Part shown: positions 61,287-64,000 of the stretch, in pieces | Layout of the letters: the number at the start of each line of letters is the position of its first letter | Position numbering within the stretch: position 1 is the stretch's first letter | NCBI GenBank assembly: GCA_964035545.1 | Contig: OZ037766.1 | Span: forward strand, 33,098,773 to 33,162,772 | Direction: 5' to 3' | Length of the DNA: 64,000 bases | DNA from: Bugula neritina | Taxonomy: Eukaryota; Animalia; Bryozoa | Position numbers and translations under genes: made by a program | Notes under the pieces: model-generated | The model's input: only the letters and a program-made list of their open reading frames with translations | Databases searched by the model: none | What the model was told of the DNA's origin: nothing

Positions 61287-64000
61287 CTCTTGGCAGTCTG
61301 TAGACCCACAGGCTCTAAAATATAAAAATTGACATAAAATATTTAACACAAACAGTTCTCACCTAAACAAGAAGTCTACAGGCACAAGACTAGTGAACTT
61401 AACATGTCTAGCAGTTCAACTCGCCTTTAGAGAGAGAGAGTTGTTAGAACCGGTACAGAATATTAGGAAATAAAGTGTTGTGCAGCATGTCAGTTTACCT
61501 GTAGGTGTTTACCTGTAGGTATTTACCTGGTTCATGGTCATACATAACTTTAAATTCAAAAACATCAAAAACTTGGCAATATTAAAATTAAATATGCATC
61601 CAGTTAATCAACATAAAGGATGTGAGAGAAAATGTAAATTTAAATGATGTATCACTGAAAATCAACAAAATAATGACAGTAACTGTGAATAGATTGATGG
61701 TTGCAGCATTGGACTTATCAGTTATTCAATAGTGCAGTGTGTAGTTCCCTGTGCCAGTGGCTGCAAGGTTACTCACACTTTGACCTTGATAAAGGTCGAC
61801 ATAGACAATATGAAATACAATACCATGACACGCCTTGCATCATACCAGTGAAATGCTTAACCTCACAGACAGGGGTGTAACCAAACTATGGCTTTAGGGG
61901 GCAAGTCATAGAGTCTACCATGTTACAGGCAACATGGTAGACTCTATATCTGGTCATTATAAAGAAGTGTAAGTATGTGTAACTTGGCAAGCTGTTAGAA
62001 GTGGTTGTATGATGACAATTGCTACATAAAGGTTGGACTCTGCAGGGGGACATGACTGTGACATTTCAAAGAGAGAGAGAAGGTGCGTTTTTTACTGCTT
62101 TCCTATTCAACACAAACCTCTATTTTTATGAATCAACTGATCCTGATAGCGTAAAAGAGCCAACTACAGCTGGAAAGATGGGATTATGTATGAACAGCAG
62201 GGATAACATTCATAATGCAACACTGAATGTTGTGGCTAATCAATAGGAGATTAAATTACTAAATGTTCAACACCAGGCAGGCTAATGTGGTGTATAATTA
62301 GCTCATGGTTAGTGTTACCCAGTATACTACATAATATGCTGTCAACTATCAGATAGTATGTCATAGTTATGATGTATTACACAGCTGCACCAATACTGGT
62401 AGAATGGTGGTAAGGATTGATTTCAATGTAAATGCATATTTAGCGAAAAAAACTCACAGTGAAATTCAAACATCTTTAAAACTCCTAAAGATAAAAACTC
62501 TGTTTTAAATTTCAAGCTGCAGTTGGCACTCATTTTTCAAGCACTTTAAAAGACAATGAAACTGAGTAAGCATGGAGAATCAAATATAATATATATCAAT
62601 ATCTTGCAGTTCAGTAAATATTTCCTATTTATACTAAAGGCAGGAATAGTAGCTTCACATTAAGCTGGGGTGATAGTGTGTGTTGAATAGAGACTATAGT
62701 TATTAGAGCTGTACTCTAGGGTATTCATTACTTTGTTAGGTGAAACAGACTGAAGCAGCAACAGCAGCAGCAGCAGAGCTATGCTGCTATAGGAATACAA
62801 GAGGCAGTAGTATTATCAGCTTCTAAGTGATGTACTGAAATTTTTTTCCCAGGGATGAAGGCTTGCTTATAGGTGGTTCAATATTACGGAGAATTTTAAA
62901 ACTAAAAGATGTTGGGGAGTGCAAGTGCACCAAAGTACACCTGATATAACCTACATAAAAGAGCCATTATAGAAGCAATAATGTTAGTACTTTGGTGTGT
63001 AATCAAAGGGCAGTGTGGAAGTTGGCATGGCCTGTAGGTATTGACTATCACTTTGATAGAATATGAGTGAGACACCCTGAGTTGTTAGAGTGTTGCTGGT
63101 AGATTGCTGTCAGTTCCCAGTACCACCATATAATACTATTTCTTTCAAATCATGTGTACATCACAGATATTTTATACCATTTATGTATACCTTAACTAGT
63201 CTACAGTATAAACCCAAAAGAAAACCAGGTTTACAAATTAGAATCAGTTATTTCAAATATAACTGGCTAAAATAACCTAATCATTTCTAGAAATGACTGA
63301 GAGGAGATTTCTGATCTTGAACACAGTTAGATTTTATCTAAAATCAAAGCTAAAATCATATGTAATTAAAATAAATAAAATTTATTTTGTCAAAACTTTA
63401 CAGTCTACATAAAGCAGTTTTATAATGTTTCTGTCTTGTACACAAATTTTACAACTTCCACAATGGAAGAGTCTGCAGCTAAAACCCTTTGACCAGAACC
63501 TAGAGTTCTAGCATCTGAATATCTCCCAGGTGATGAACTTTCAACACATACTTAGCAGACTGACTGAATGAGACTCATTTTCAAGTCAACAACCCATCAC
63601 TAGCTGCAATGTAGGTGCATGTGTTCTCAGATAGTAATTGCACTGCTCAGGGGGTTATCTTTATTATTAACACAAATAATTGAAAGATCTAAGTAAATAA
63701 AGTGTGGCATTTTGCAATTAACCAGCATGTCAAGTGTGCATGAAACTTAGGCTAAATAGAGATCAGTATGAGAGGTGTTGCACCTGCCCAGCAAATATTT
63801 CTCTTACGATACAACATTTAGTCTGATCTCCTGACATAAGGTCAAGACTGCCAGGCAGAGTCTTAAATCAGGCTGCCATTAGTTTTCATACAGCATATGA
63901 CTTACAGAGTATTACTTACAAAGTATTACTTACAGAATATCACTTACAGAGTATTACACTGTAAGTTCAAGATCTCACTCAGAGCAGAAGGAAGAGTGAG

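Noticed and set aside
62019-63275. Short plus-strand ORFs upstream of ABCG
   Set aside because: Non-ATG starts, no motifs and no supported splice chain.

Overview
AT-rich, intron-rich animal (invertebrate-like) genomic DNA; the species cannot be determined from the sequence. Positions 1-34.8 kb hold a head-to-tail tandem array (units of about 6-8 kb) of a 7-exon minus-strand gene, with four complete copies plus the 5' end of a fifth. Each copy encodes a secreted protein of about 510 aa: signal peptide, NHL-type beta-propeller, a short HYR-like module and a conserved Cys-containing C-terminal region. The copies are near-identical in introns, spacers and the C-terminal region, but hypervariable in the propeller loops that form the ligand-binding top face, and they are mosaics of each other. 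I read this as a candidate diversified, antibody-like (variable head plus constant tail) recognition family. One spacer carries a 7.2 kb CACTA/CMC-like DNA transposon (TA TSD) containing a tRNA-like dimer and a nested ISL2EU-like element made of two left ends. To the right lie a group XII sPLA2 gene with Asp49->Gly and a KEEL tail, an orphan secreted Cys-rich gene with an apparent in-frame stop, and a complete 14-exon ABCG half-transporter. Across these genes, minisatellites are repeatedly seeded at splice sites and stop codons. All exon models were built by hand from splice signals and frame continuity; no database search was run.
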